Source: Bacteroidaceae bacterium
GTDB taxonomy: Bacteria; Bacteroidota; Bacteroidia; Bacteroidales; Bacteroidaceae
Length of the DNA stretch: 38,477 bases
Reading direction: 5' to 3'
Assembly (NCBI GenBank): GCA_017425985.1
Contig: JAFOWI010000228.1
Location: forward strand, 1-38,477
Positions 7,584 to 17,511 of the stretch are shown here, in pieces. A program made the translations under genes and the position numbers. Each line of letters opens with the position of its first letter. Position 1 is the stretch's first letter. The notes beneath the pieces are model-generated. The model had not been told where the DNA came from, did not search any database, and saw nothing but the letters and a program-made list of their open reading frames with translations.

Positions 7584-8813
7584 TTACATTCTGATTTCTG
7601 GAATACCCGTAAGGTCACCACGAACGATTTCGAAGTCGGGGTGTACACCATAGAATGCCTGTGGGTCAACCTGCGTATCTTCGGGGATGTATGCACGCTT
7701 GAGGTTGGGGCAGTTTTCAACTGCGTAAGCCTGAAGTTCTGTAGTTCCAGGAGCGATGATGAGTTCTTCCATGCCGTGGAGGTTGATGACGTAGTTCTTC
7801 TCCATCACTGCAATAGGCAGGAGTTCAACAACCTTCATTGCCTGAGGAATGTAGCAAAGCTGTGAGCCCTTCTTGTAATAAAGTACACCACAATGGCTCA
7901 TAAGTTTTGTATTAGCTTCGTCGAGATAAACAGCTTCGATGTTGGGCGCAATGCGGTTGTCGTTAAGACCAACGTAGCTTTCTCCAAAGGTTTCGATGTT
8001 GCTGCCAATGTAGAGTTCGCGCACGTTAGAGGGAAGGGGCACGGAGGGATTGAAGCTCGTAATACGGATGCCGCCTGCGCTGTAGGGCACAACCAATGCG
8101 TCGTCCGATTCCTTCACACACTTGAGGTTGAAGTGCTTGTCGTTATAATTGCAAACGTAGTTGGACTCTGCAAAGATATCAATATCTACAGAGAGTGGCA
8201 CGAGGTGCGTGTAGCCCGTAAGGGGTTCTACTGCCCAGCGACCATTGTTAGTAGGGTCGCTCACCCACCATTTGTTGTTATAATATACATAGTTCCATGC
8301 ATGACCTCCGAGCGGTTCGAGCATACCATTGATGTTAACAACGGGGATGCCTTGCGTATGGAGCATCGTGTTGAGGAGGTTGGCATAACCCTGACACACG
8401 CCCTGCTTGTCCTTGAACACAGGATAAGGATTGTTGTCTGCCCAATTGTACTTCACGTTGTTAACAATCCATGTAAAGATTTTATCGTAAACATCGGCAT
8501 CTTTTTCAAGTCCTTCAACAAGTTTGTCTGTAAATTCCTTGATTTCATCGTACTGCGCCTCGGTAATTTCAAAATTAGGCATACCGGTGTCGATTTCAGG
8601 GCCGAGTTTGTCGAGCAATGTGAAGACGGCACGAATCGAATTGGCATTGAGTTTCGAAGATTTATCCTTTTCAGGGAAACTTGCCATCGTTTCAAACTGT
8701 ACATTCTCAGTTGTCGCATCAGTTTGGAGCAGTGTCACATCGTCATCGCTGCTACAAGCGCTAAAACAACCCGCAGCAAGACAGAGGGGAAGAAAGTAGT
8801 AATGAATTTTCAT
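7584..8813 (-). CDS. Lipoprotein with transglutaminase-like domain and C-terminal BspA-type leucine-rich repeats
   Basis: Lipobox FSAC followed by SSDDD; catalytic triad motifs GVCQGYA, GHAWN, SDPT; LRR-like 'AVENCPNLKRAYIP'. Confidence 0.8.
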   Translation of the reverse strand: MKIHYYFLPLCLAAGCFSACSSDDDVTLLQTDATTENVQFETMASFPEKDKSSKLNANSIRAVFTLLDKLGPEIDTGMPNFEITEAQYDEIKEFTDKLVEGLEKDADVYDKIFTWIVNNVKYNWADNNPYPVFKDKQGVCQGYANLLNTMLHTQGIPVVNINGMLEPLGGHAWNYVYYNNKWWVSDPTNNGRWAVEPLTGYTHLVPLSVDIDIFAESNYVCNYNDKHFNLKCVKESDDALVVPYSAGGIRITSFNPSVPLPSNVRELYIGSNIETFGESYVGLNDNRIAPNIEAVYLDEANTKLMSHCGVLYYKKGSQLCYIPQAMKVVELLPIAVMEKNYVINLHGMEELIIAPGTTELQAYAVENCPNLKRAYIPEDTQVDPQAFYGVHPDFEIVRGDLTGIPEIRM

Positions 8814-8968
8814 AGTTATGGTTATTTTTTGATTTTGTTTCCGGATGCAAAGATATAGTTATTTTTCAATATTAACAATTAACTACGGCTTATATGCTCA
8901 TTTTTAACATGTATAAACATTAATTGAAAAATTTCCAAAGGTAGCCTTACCGAAAATTTATTTCCACT

Positions 8969-9868
8969 TTATCCATTAGTTAATCCATACTCATGCGCCA
9001 AAGCCACTTCGAGGGGCGTCGGTTCGTAGCCAAAGTCGCTTTTTGCCTTCGAGCAATCAAGCGGAGTGAAAGTGGGGCGCGGTGTAGCCTCCTGCATGTC
9101 GGCGGTATTTACGGGCTGAATAAGATTGGCATCCAAACCAAAGAAATCAGCCACACGCACAGCCAATTCGGCAATACTCAACTGCTCGCCACCTGCCACG
9201 TGGTAAACTCCCGAATATTTGCTTTCGAGCAGCGCCACGGTAGCAGTTGCAATATCTTCCACCCACGTTGGTGTACGCCACTGGTCGGCTGCAGCAGTGA
9301 AGCTCTGCCCTTGTGACAAGCGTTGCTTCACGAGTTCTACGATGTTGCCATGCTGCCCTGCAAGAGGTCTGCCGTAAACCACCTCGATGCGGAGCACTGC
9401 ATAGTCCTGGCACACAGCGCTAATCACCACCTCGGCCATGCGTTTCGTGCGACCATAATGGTTCACAGCATTGGCTGCATCGGTCTCGACATAAGGTGTA
9501 GGTTTTCTACCATCGAAAACAAAGTCGGTTGACAAATGCAGCAGGCGACAATCATTCGCCGCACACCAACGTGCCAGCATATCGGGCACAGCGACATTGA
9601 GCGCCAATGCCTCATCGGGGTGTTGTTCACAATAATCAACCACAGACAGTGCTGCAGCATTGACGACAACATTGGGCGCAAAAGCCTGCAACAAGCGCTC
9701 CGTAGCAGCCGCGTCGGTCATATCGATTTGCGCAAAATCGTAACCACCAGTGGGCAGCAAATCCTCACTACGCGACACAGCCAACAACTCATGCTCGCCT
9801 TGTGCTACAAAACGCTGCAAAATGCGACGACCTACAAAACCATTGGCTCCAAATATAATGATTCGCAT
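8969..9868 (-). CDS. rfbD: dTDP-4-dehydrorhamnose reductase family SDR
   Basis: GANGFVG, VNAAA..VD.CE, HLSTDFVFDG, YGRTK, DQ.RTPT motifs. Not in an rml cluster here. Confidence 0.85.
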   Translation of the reverse strand: MRIIIFGANGFVGRRILQRFVAQGEHELLAVSRSEDLLPTGGYDFAQIDMTDAAATERLLQAFAPNVVVNAAALSVVDYCEQHPDEALALNVAVPDMLARWCAANDCRLLHLSTDFVFDGRKPTPYVETDAANAVNHYGRTKRMAEVVISAVCQDYAVLRIEVVYGRPLAGQHGNIVELVKQRLSQGQSFTAAADQWRTPTWVEDIATATVALLESKYSGVYHVAGGEQLSIAELAVRVADFFGLDANLIQPVNTADMQEATPRPTFTPLDCSKAKSDFGYEPTPLEVALAHEYGLTNG

Positions 9869-9990
9869 AATTAATATTTTTAAGTTTACTATACATTATC
9901 AGGCAAGAAAAAACTCTACCTGCATTCTAAACTCGGTAAAATTACACAAATCGCATAGAACGCAGGCATACGCATGCATTTTTTTTATTT

Positions 9991-10183
9991 AATTACGCTA
10001 AATAAATAACTTGGGACATTTTTAATTTACTATGTTTTTATCAACATTTATAGATTTGTCTGTTGGCCACTTTCGTCTTTGTTCATCAGTCACATAGTCC
10101 GCTGTACTCCATCATCAAAAAAAGAATTTCAATCAAAGATTCAATCGAAAATAAAAGTCTGTAATTCTTTTCTTGGCACAAAG
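9991..10183 (+). mobile_element. MITE-like element copy 1 (right end degraded; end coordinate approximate)
   Basis: Left end AATTACGCTAAATAAATAACTTGGGAC matches the terminal repeat of 17322-17511 (24/27). Core 10070-10110 matches the reverse complement of 17391-17431 (37/41). Confidence 0.7.
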
Positions 10184-10369
10184 AGAATGCCTAAGTAGTA
10201 CCTAAAAAATTATTTTTAGGAGAAAAAACTAAATCACCTGTTCAACGAATCAACACTTTGCGACAGCAAATCAGAGTCACCCGACATCGGTAAGCCTTTA
10301 TTATTAAGAAAATTTGGTTTGACAGACAATTTATCCTATTTTTGCAATTTTTAGAAAATTCATAAAGCT

Positions 10370-10957
10370 ATGACTGAAAAAGAAAAAATGCTACGCCAAA
10401 TGATGTACGATGCGAACTACGACGAAGAACTGATAACCGAACGCAAGCTGGCTAAAGACTTGTGTTACGACTTCAACCAACTGCGTCCATCGGACGAAGC
10501 GAGCCAGCAGGCTGTACTGAACAGACTATTAGGAAAAGTCGGCAAAAATACTTGCATTGTAGCCCCATTTTGGTGCGATTATGGATACAACATTGAAGTA
10601 GGCGAAAACTTTTTTGCCAACCACAACACAGTAATCCTTGACGGCGCAAAGGTTACATTTGGCAACAATGTTTTCGTAGCGCCCAACTGCGGATTCTACA
10701 CAGCAGGACACCCCATTGACGCTGAACGACGCAACCAAGGATTGGAGTACGCGTACCCCATCACCATTGGCAACAACGTATGGATAGGCGCAGGAGTACA
10801 CGTAATGCCTGGCGTAACGATTGGCTCGAACGTCGTTATCGGTGGTGGCTCCGTAGTTGTGAAGGACATCCCCGACAATTCCGTGGCCGTCGGCAATCCC
10901 TGCAAAGTAATTCGCACAATCACCAAAACCGACAAGCTAAGTGACATAAAAACATAA
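10370..10957 (+). CDS. maa: Maltose/galactoside O-acetyltransferase
   Basis: MTEKEKML, PFWCDYGYNI, APNCGFYTAGHP, hexapeptide repeats, GNPCKVIR. Confidence 0.92.
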   Translation: MTEKEKMLRQMMYDANYDEELITERKLAKDLCYDFNQLRPSDEASQQAVLNRLLGKVGKNTCIVAPFWCDYGYNIEVGENFFANHNTVILDGAKVTFGNNVFVAPNCGFYTAGHPIDAERRNQGLEYAYPITIGNNVWIGAGVHVMPGVTIGSNVVIGGGSVVVKDIPDNSVAVGNPCKVIRTITKTDKLSDIKT

Positions 10958-10969
10958 GCCACCGCGCTT

Positions 10970-11123
10970 ACCTTTCATCATATATATAAAATGAGATGCG
11001 GTTAGGAAGAGTTTAAAATAAATTTCAATCTTCACTCACCATTCATCATTTTTGTATAAAATGAGATGCGGCTCGGAAGAGTTTGAAATAAATTTCAATC
11101 TTCACTCACCTTTCATCATTTTT
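10970..11123. repeat. ~70-bp tandem duplication (about 2.2 copies)
   Basis: ATGAGATGCGG at 10991 and 11061; TTCACTCACC at 11031 and 11101. Confidence 0.9.
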
Positions 11124-11359
11124 CTGTTTGCAAAGAAAGAAGAAAGAGAAAGGCAACAAAAAGACAACCTAAAAAATAACAACTTTTAATCGAGAATGAA
11201 GCGGGTTATTTTTTATATATTACTTAACAATGCCGACCCGATATTTGAAACAGACTAAAAAATATTTCTTCGCCGAATCATGAAGTTTAACTCAGAATAC
11301 AATTAACTTTGTATGAAGGAATTAAACTGCATGTACACATACAACAAAAACCATATTAC

Positions 11360-11926
11360 ATGGAAAACATCACACGAAGAATTGAGACTTATCAAAAACT
11401 GTCACCACAGGCAATGCAGGCATTTCAAGATGAAATGAAACTTCTGAAATTACCAAAAAATACGATATTAGTAACATCGGGAATGGTAGACAATAATGTG
11501 TATTTTATTGAAAAAGGAGTGACGCGTTCTATTTTTCACAAAGACGATTTAAGCACAACTACATGGTTCAGCATGGAGGGCGACATCACGTTTGGCATGT
11601 ATTCGCTCTACCACAATCAACCCTCCGTAGAAAGCGTAGAAACGCTAACCGATTGCACGCTCTACGTGATCTCTATCGAAAGGCTGAATCATTTGTACAA
11701 CACCTACATAGAAATTGCCAACTGGGGACGCATACTTCATCAGGACGTAAATCGCCTAATGAGCCACATCTTCGTTGAACGTCTGCAAATGTCACCTGCC
11801 GAAAGATACCACTGTTTCCTGAAGCACTTTCCAGGACTCACCAATCGCATCAAGCTAAAATACATAGCAGAATTCCTGGGAATGTCCATCTACACACTAA
11901 GCCGAATTAGGGCAAACAAAGAATGA
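11360..11926 (+). CDS. Crp/Fnr family transcriptional regulator
   Basis: cNMP-binding fold ('VYFIEKG..R'), 'SPAERY..F', 'IKLKYIAEFLGMS..TLSRIR' HTH. ATG start chosen at 11360. Confidence 0.9.
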   Translation: MENITRRIETYQKLSPQAMQAFQDEMKLLKLPKNTILVTSGMVDNNVYFIEKGVTRSIFHKDDLSTTTWFSMEGDITFGMYSLYHNQPSVESVETLTDCTLYVISIERLNHLYNTYIEIANWGRILHQDVNRLMSHIFVERLQMSPAERYHCFLKHFPGLTNRIKLKYIAEFLGMSIYTLSRIRANKE

Positions 11927-12201
11927 AGATTGTAGCATCTCATTGTGTAGACTGAAGAAAAATTTGCTCTAAAGCAAAAAAACTATTGCCATCCGACTTA
12001 ATGTGCTACTATCAAACTCACGTAAGAAGATATATTTATATTTTTGCATTAGGTTTAGTAGACAAGTTGATAGGTACGAGTAGACGAGATGGTTAGACTC
12101 GAGCGCTTGTTTGCACGCTGACTTGCATTCCGCACGGCAGTTGTACTCTGTACTCTATCTGTTGTACCCTGTACTATAAAAAAACAATCTTACATACAAT
12201 T

Positions 12202-13389
12202 ATGTCACAACAACAAATCATCTCCTCGGCATCGTTTGCCGACACAAAACCGCACTACGAGCTGCTCGACGGACTGCGCGGAGCAGCTGCGCTTATGGTG
12301 GTGTGGTACCATGTATTTGAAGGTTTTGCCTTTGCCGAAGGCACTGCTATCGAAACTTTCAACCACGGACACCTCGGCGTAGATTTCTTCTTTATGCTCT
12401 CGGGTTTTGTAATTAGCTATGCCTACGACGACCGCTGGCATAAGGGCGCTGGAGGGTTGACGATAGGCAACTTCTTCAAGCGCCGACTCATCCGCCTCCA
12501 CCCCATGCTCATTATGGGCGCAATCATCGGGTGCATCAGTTTCTTCATCCAGGGCGGTGTGAAATGGGACGGAACGAGTTCGCCTACAGAGTGGGTAATG
12601 CTTGCGCTCCTGTTGGCAATGCTCTTCATCCCTGCTTATCCCGGCGCCGGCTACGACGTGCGCGGCAACGGCGAAATGTTTTCGCTCAATGGTCCGAGTT
12701 GGTCGCTGTTCTTCGAATACATTGGCAACATTCTTTATGCGCTGTTCATCCGTCGTCTTAGTACAAAAGCACTCGCGGCACTCACATTAATCAGCGGCAT
12801 CCTATGGGGAGGTTTTGCGGTGACAAACGTATCGGGCTACGACATGCTCGGCGTAGGCTGGACGCTCGACGGTGCAAACTTCTGGGGCGGATTACTCAGA
12901 ATGATGTTCCCCTTCACGCTGGGTATGCTCCTTGCTCGCAAATTCAAACCCACGAAGGTAAAGGGCATCTTCTGGATTGCCATTGCCGTGATGTTTGCCC
13001 TCTTCTCCGTGCCCTATATCCCAGCCGACATCATCCCCGGAGCTGAAGGATTGAGCGTAAACAGCGCATACGAATTTCTGTGTGTAGCATGCGTATTCCC
13101 ATTTATTGTATGGTTTGCCGCTTCGGGCAGTCTGGAAAACGTCGTTTCAAAGAAAGTGTGCAAATTTCTTGGCGACATCTCCTACCCTCTCTATATTGTG
13201 CACCACCCCGTGATGTACCTCTTCTACGCTTGGTTGATTGACAACAAACTCTACAACCTGGGCGATACTTGGCAGATGGTTATCATCGTTTTCGCAACAA
13301 ACATCACGCTGGCTTTCGCTTGCCTCAAACTTTACGACGAACCCGTTCGTCGCTGGCTGACAAAGAAGTTCATCAAAAAGAATGCCTAA
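12202..13389 (+). CDS. Acyltransferase family 3 (OafA/YrhL-like) membrane protein
   Basis: LDGLRG.AA, VDFFFMLSGFVI, RR..RLHP, WSL..EY, LGDISYPLYIVH motifs. Confidence 0.92.
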   Translation: MSQQQIISSASFADTKPHYELLDGLRGAAALMVVWYHVFEGFAFAEGTAIETFNHGHLGVDFFFMLSGFVISYAYDDRWHKGAGGLTIGNFFKRRLIRLHPMLIMGAIIGCISFFIQGGVKWDGTSSPTEWVMLALLLAMLFIPAYPGAGYDVRGNGEMFSLNGPSWSLFFEYIGNILYALFIRRLSTKALAALTLISGILWGGFAVTNVSGYDMLGVGWTLDGANFWGGLLRMMFPFTLGMLLARKFKPTKVKGIFWIAIAVMFALFSVPYIPADIIPGAEGLSVNSAYEFLCVACVFPFIVWFAASGSLENVVSKKVCKFLGDISYPLYIVHHPVMYLFYAWLIDNKLYNLGDTWQMVIIVFATNITLAFACLKLYDEPVRRWLTKKFIKKNA

Positions 13390-13414
13390 CAACCGGCCTA
13401 CATATACACAAGGC

Positions 13415-13464
13415 TAAAAAAACGCTTGCCGTCTCCCTAAGTGGGGATGGCAAGCGTTTTTTTC
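13415..13464. terminator. Bidirectional intrinsic terminator between the acyltransferase and clpB
   Basis: AAAAAAACGCTTGCC...GGCAAGCGTTTTTTT between convergent genes. Confidence 0.85.
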
Positions 13465-13515
13465 TATTCATTCATCTTTATACTTCGCAGCGCAAGGACT
13501 GCTATCAAGTAGCAC

Positions 13516-16134
13516 CTACTCCACCTCGTTCAGGAACTCAAGGCTGTCGGCATTAGCAACAACGCAGATAGGTACTTCCTTGTTAATCGTTCCTGCCAGC
13601 AGAGCGTGGCTCAAAGGATTGAGCAACATGCGCTGCAACGCGCGCTTCACGGGTCGTGCTCCAAAGTTGGGGTCGTAGCCCTCCTTTGCAATTAGTGCCA
13701 CTGCCGAATCCTCAAGTCGTAACGTCACACCCTGTTCCTCCAGGCGCTTGCAGACTGCGTTTGCCTGAAGACGAACAATCTGCTGAATATGGCTTTCAGA
13801 GAGCGGATGGAAGAGGATAATGTCGTCAATACGATTCAGGAACTCAGGACGGATGGTAGCCTTGAGCAAGCCCATCACGTTTTCCTTCACTTCGTCCTCA
13901 TGTGCTTCGAAGTAAGTAGCCACGTTGGTCTTTGCCTCAGCAGCCTTGTCGAGCGCCTGCTGAATGAAGGTACTGCCGAGATTGGAGGTCATGATGACGA
14001 TCGTGTTCTTGAAGTTAACAACACGCCCCTTGTTGTCCGTAAGGCGTCCGTCGTCGAGCACCTGCAGCAGGATGTTGAACACATCGGGATGGGCTTTCTC
14101 TATCTCATCGAAGAGCACTACGGAATAAGGCTTGCGACGCACAGCCTCGGTGAGTTGTCCGCCTTCATCGTAACCCACGTATCCCGGAGGCGCACCTACA
14201 AGGCGGCTCACACTGTGCTTTTCCTGATACTCGCTCATATCGATGCGCGTAAGCATCTGCTCGTCGTTGAAGAGGAGCTCTGCCAAAGCCTTGGCAATCT
14301 CCGTCTTTCCGACACCCGTAGCCCCAAGGAAGATAAAGGAACCGATGGGGCGGCGTGGGTCTTGCAGTCCGGCGCGACTGCGCAACACGGCATCAGCAAC
14401 AGCTGTCACTGCTGCATCCTGACCCACAACGCGCTCGTGGAGGTCGGCATCGAGGTGCAACAACTTCTCGCGCTCGCTCTGCTGCATACGACTCACGGGA
14501 ATGCCCGTCCAACGGCTGACGATGTCGGCAATGTCGTCGGCAGTGACAACTTCCTTAACCATGGCTTCGCTACCCTGACGGAGTTTCAGCTGCTCGCCCA
14601 GGTCAACGATTTTAGCATCGAGTTCGGGAAGATTGCGATAACGAATTTCTGCAACACGTCCGTAGTCGCCCTCGCGCTCCAAGCGTTCGGCATCGAAGGT
14701 GAGCTGCTCGCGCTGCTGTTTGAGTTGCTGAATTTCGGCAAGCACACTGCGCTCGCCCTCCCACTTGGCCTTCATGCCCGAAACGGCTTCTTCGAGCATC
14801 GCAATGTCAGCATTGAGCGCATCGAGTTTCTTGTCGTCGCCCTCGCGTTTGATTGCCTCGCGCTCAATTTCGAGTTGACGGAGTTTGCGCTGCGCTTCGT
14901 CGAGTTCCTCGGGCTGCGAATCACGCTCCATACGGAGTTTTGCTGCCGCTTCGTCCACAAGGTCGATGGCCTTGTCGGGCAAGAAACGGTCGGCAATGTA
15001 GCGATGCGAAAGTTGCACGGCAGCTATCAGCGCATCGTCCTGAATGCGCACACGGTGATGGTTTTCGTAGCGTTCTTTCAGTCCACGCATGATGGAGATA
15101 GCGTCCTCGGGCGAAGGTTCTTCAACGAGTACTGTCTGGAAACGGCGTTCGAGGGCTTTGTCCTTCTCAAAATACTTCTGATACTCCTCAAGCGTCGTAG
15201 CGCCAATGCTTCGCAACTCACCACGCGCAAGTGCGGGTTTCAGGATGTTTGCGGCATCCATCGCTCCCTCGCTCTTGCCTGCTCCAACGAGCGTGTGGAT
15301 TTCATCGATAAAGAGAATGATGTCGCCCTCTGCCTCAACAACCTCGTTGACAACGCTTTTAAGGCGTTCCTCAAACTCGCCCTTATACTTGGCACCCGCA
15401 ATGAGTGCGCCCATGTCGAGCGAAAACAAATGCTTATTCTTCAAATTCTCGGGCACGTCGCCACGCACAATGCGCTCTGCTATGCCTTCAACGATGGCAG
15501 TCTTTCCGGTACCGGGTTCGCCTATAAGGATAGGATTGTTCTTCGTACGGCGACTCAGGATTTGGAGCACTCGGCGAATTTCATCGTCACGCCCAATGAC
15601 GGGGTCAAGTTTGCCATTGCGCGCCTCATCAACAAGATTGCGCGCATACTTCTGCAGCGCCTGATAAGTGTCCTCGCTCGTGGGAGAATCCACCTTTTTT
15701 CCGTTGCGCAACTCCTTAATCGCTGTGCGCAAAGCCGCTTCCTTCAATCCGGCATCAGTCAGCATGCGCGAAGCCTTAGAAGGAGTGAGCAACACAGCAA
15801 GCAACATCATCTCGAGCCCTACAAAAGCATCGCCCTCCTTACTCGCCAACTCCTGCGCCTTCTTCATCAGAGCAGCCACCTCGTTGTCGAAATATGGCTC
15901 GCCCCCACCATTGACGCGCGGCAGGGTCTTCAACTCTGCATCAACTACTCTAAGCAGCATCGCAAGATTAGCACCCGCCTTTTCAAAAAGGAAAGGCACA
16001 ACGTTTTCGCCCACGTGGAGCAAAGCGTAAAGCATGTGGAGCGCTCCAACCGCCTGCTGACCTCCGGCTTGTGCCGTCTGCACAGCTTGCTGGAATGTTT
16101 CCTGTACTTTGTTCGTAAAATTCTGTCCGTTCAT
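13516..16134 (-). CDS. clpB: ATP-dependent chaperone ClpB
   Basis: [21 protein letters not shown], coiled-coil M domain, second Walker [18 protein letters not shown]. Start taken at MNGQNFT. Confidence 0.97.
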   Translation of the reverse strand: MNGQNFTNKVQETFQQAVQTAQAGGQQAVGALHMLYALLHVGENVVPFLFEKAGANLAMLLRVVDAELKTLPRVNGGGEPYFDNEVAALMKKAQELASKEGDAFVGLEMMLLAVLLTPSKASRMLTDAGLKEAALRTAIKELRNGKKVDSPTSEDTYQALQKYARNLVDEARNGKLDPVIGRDDEIRRVLQILSRRTKNNPILIGEPGTGKTAIVEGIAERIVRGDVPENLKNKHLFSLDMGALIAGAKYKGEFEERLKSVVNEVVEAEGDIILFIDEIHTLVGAGKSEGAMDAANILKPALARGELRSIGATTLEEYQKYFEKDKALERRFQTVLVEEPSPEDAISIMRGLKERYENHHRVRIQDDALIAAVQLSHRYIADRFLPDKAIDLVDEAAAKLRMERDSQPEELDEAQRKLRQLEIEREAIKREGDDKKLDALNADIAMLEEAVSGMKAKWEGERSVLAEIQQLKQQREQLTFDAERLEREGDYGRVAEIRYRNLPELDAKIVDLGEQLKLRQGSEAMVKEVVTADDIADIVSRWTGIPVSRMQQSEREKLLHLDADLHERVVGQDAAVTAVADAVLRSRAGLQDPRRPIGSFIFLGATGVGKTEIAKALAELLFNDEQMLTRIDMSEYQEKHSVSRLVGAPPGYVGYDEGGQLTEAVRRKPYSVVLFDEIEKAHPDVFNILLQVLDDGRLTDNKGRVVNFKNTIVIMTSNLGSTFIQQALDKAAEAKTNVATYFEAHEDEVKENVMGLLKATIRPEFLNRIDDIILFHPLSESHIQQIVRLQANAVCKRLEEQGVTLRLEDSAVALIAKEGYDPNFGARPVKRALQRMLLNPLSHALLAGTINKEVPICVVANADSLEFLNEVE

Positions 16135-16316
16135 AATTCTATTTTTTAATGTTTGATTTGCAATAATAATCAATTACGTTCTATAAGGTAAACCTTTATT
16201 ATCTACTAAATGATAAATTCTTTTTTCTATATCTGGTAAATCATCATAAGTTCATCATGTGTAGAATTATATTGAGTGAAACAACGCAAGTAGCGCAAGC
16301 TTTCACTTAAGTAACT

Positions 16317-16332
16317 TGCAAAATGCGTGCCA
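16317..16332 (-). promoter_or_regulatory. Sigma-54 (-24/-12) promoter upstream of clpB
   Basis: Minus strand reads TGGCACGCATTTTGCA = TGGCACG-N4-TTGCA, GG-N10-GC spacing, oriented toward clpB. Confidence 0.75.
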
Positions 16333-16364
16333 CAACTGATTTTTCAACACTTTTTTATAATTCA

Positions 16365-16409
16365 TGCCAAAATGGCAGAAAAAACAGACACACATCTGCC
16401 ATTTTGGCA
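16365..16409. promoter_or_regulatory. Putative enhancer/operator: two TGCCA-N3-TGGCA palindromes forming a perfect 15-bp inverted repeat
   Basis: TGCCAAAATGGCAGA (16365-16379) / TCTGCCATTTTGGCA (16395-16409). Confidence 0.65.
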
Positions 16410-16622
16410 GACAACATCTATTCCAATATCATCATAAAAACAAGCAAAGAAGTTGGTTTCATTCATAGACCAAAGGCTTTTTATGGCGGAAACACAGAAA
16501 AACACACATTCTAATCCAGTATATTGGCAACTAAGAAAAACAAACTTGCACCTTTCACAAACAAAACTCGCATTTTACACAAAAAAATACTAACAAACAC
16601 TTGCATTATAGAAAAAAGTTTG

Positions 16623-16630
16623 TAACTTTG
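16623..16630 (+). promoter_or_regulatory. -7 promoter element of tRNA-His
   Basis: TAACTTTG, with TTG about 20 bp upstream. Confidence 0.65.
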
Positions 16631-16670
16631 CATCGCTTTCGGAAACAAAGCTAACCGTTAAAGCTAACAC

Positions 16671-16748
16671 GGTGCCCGTAGTTCAGTTGGTTAGAGCGTC
16701 AGATTGTGGTTCTGAATGTCGTGGGTTCGAGTCCCATCGGGCACCCCA
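16671..16748 (+). tRNA. tRNA-His (GTG)
   Basis: G-1, acceptor GTGCCCG/CGGGCAC, anticodon arm TCAGA-TTGTGGT-TCTGA, GGTTCGAGTCC T-arm, discriminator C and encoded CCA. Confidence 0.97.
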
Positions 16749-16774
16749 AGGAGAGGCAACACCTCTCCTTTTTT
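16748..16774 (+). terminator. Intrinsic terminator after tRNA-His
   Basis: AAGGAGAGG-caaca-CCTCTCCTTTTTT. Confidence 0.8.
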
Positions 16775-16820
16775 GTTGTCTAAAACCGCTTAAATTCATT
16801 ACCCAACAACCGATACAACA

Positions 16821-16859
16821 CAAGCCGCAAAGTTCCCATCCGGAAAGCTTTGCGGCTTG
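16821..16859 (-). terminator. Hairpin downstream of arsC
   Basis: CAAGCCGCAAAG...CTTTGCGGCTTG. Confidence 0.65.
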
Positions 16860-16889
16860 GTTGCTTAATTGGCAGCTGGAAAAACGGGC

Positions 16890-17303
16890 CTACCGATTGT
16901 CGAGATAGAAAGCGGAGAATGCCTGCTTTATCTCATCGCGCACGCGGCGAAATTCGCTCATCACATAATCGTTACTGCCCACGACCTCGGAAGGGTCGTC
17001 GAATCCAATGTGCAAACGTTTGCCCACCTTGCCCCGAAAAACGGGGCACGACTCGTTGGCTCCGCCACAAACGGTAATGACATAGTCCCACGCCTCGCTT
17101 AAGTAAACTTCCACACTCTTTGGCGTATGCGAAGAAAGGTCAATGCCCACTTCCTGCATCACTTCGGCCGCACGCGGATTTACTTGCTGCGCAGGACGCG
17201 TGCCCGCAGAGCACACTTCCCAATCGGGAGCAAACGACTGCAAAAATCCGTGCGCCATCTGACTACGGCAACTGTTGCCGGTGCATAAAATCAAAACTCT
17301 CAT
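16890..17303 (-). CDS. arsC: Arsenate reductase, LMW-PTPase (thioredoxin-coupled) type
   Basis: P-loop CTGNSCRSQMA, VITVC....SCP, H..F.DP, F..VRDEI. Confidence 0.9.
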   Translation of the reverse strand: MRVLILCTGNSCRSQMAHGFLQSFAPDWEVCSAGTRPAQQVNPRAAEVMQEVGIDLSSHTPKSVEVYLSEAWDYVITVCGGANESCPVFRGKVGKRLHIGFDDPSEVVGSNDYVMSEFRRVRDEIKQAFSAFYLDNR

Positions 17304-17321
17304 AATGCGTAATTCAAACTA

Positions 17322-17511
17322 AGTAACGGTAAAATAATAAGTTGGGACAGTTTTAATTGTATTTTTAGTTGATTTCGTTTTTGTGAAGAAGGAGCATAGC
17401 GGGCTATGTGACTGATGAATAAAGACGAAAGCAACAAAAAGACAACTCTTTAAATGCCTCCATAAAACATTATTAATATAAAAAGTCCCAAGTTATTTTT
17501 TTAGCGTTACT
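17322..17511 (-). mobile_element. MITE-like element copy 2 (190 bp, 27-bp terminal inverted repeats)
   Basis: AGTAACGGTAAAATAATAAGTTGGGAC ... GTCCCAAGTTATTTTTTTAGCGTTACT (24/27 match); internal CATAGC-GG-GCTATG hairpin. Confidence 0.8.

Noticed and set aside
13789-16149. 786-aa ORF on the + strand
   Set aside because: Antisense shadow of clpB; no recognisable motifs.
16275-16307. Hairpin in the clpB leader as an RNA thermometer
   Set aside because: Weak stem, far from the start codon.
16672-16908. 78-aa ORF
   Set aside because: Overlaps tRNA-His and terminators.
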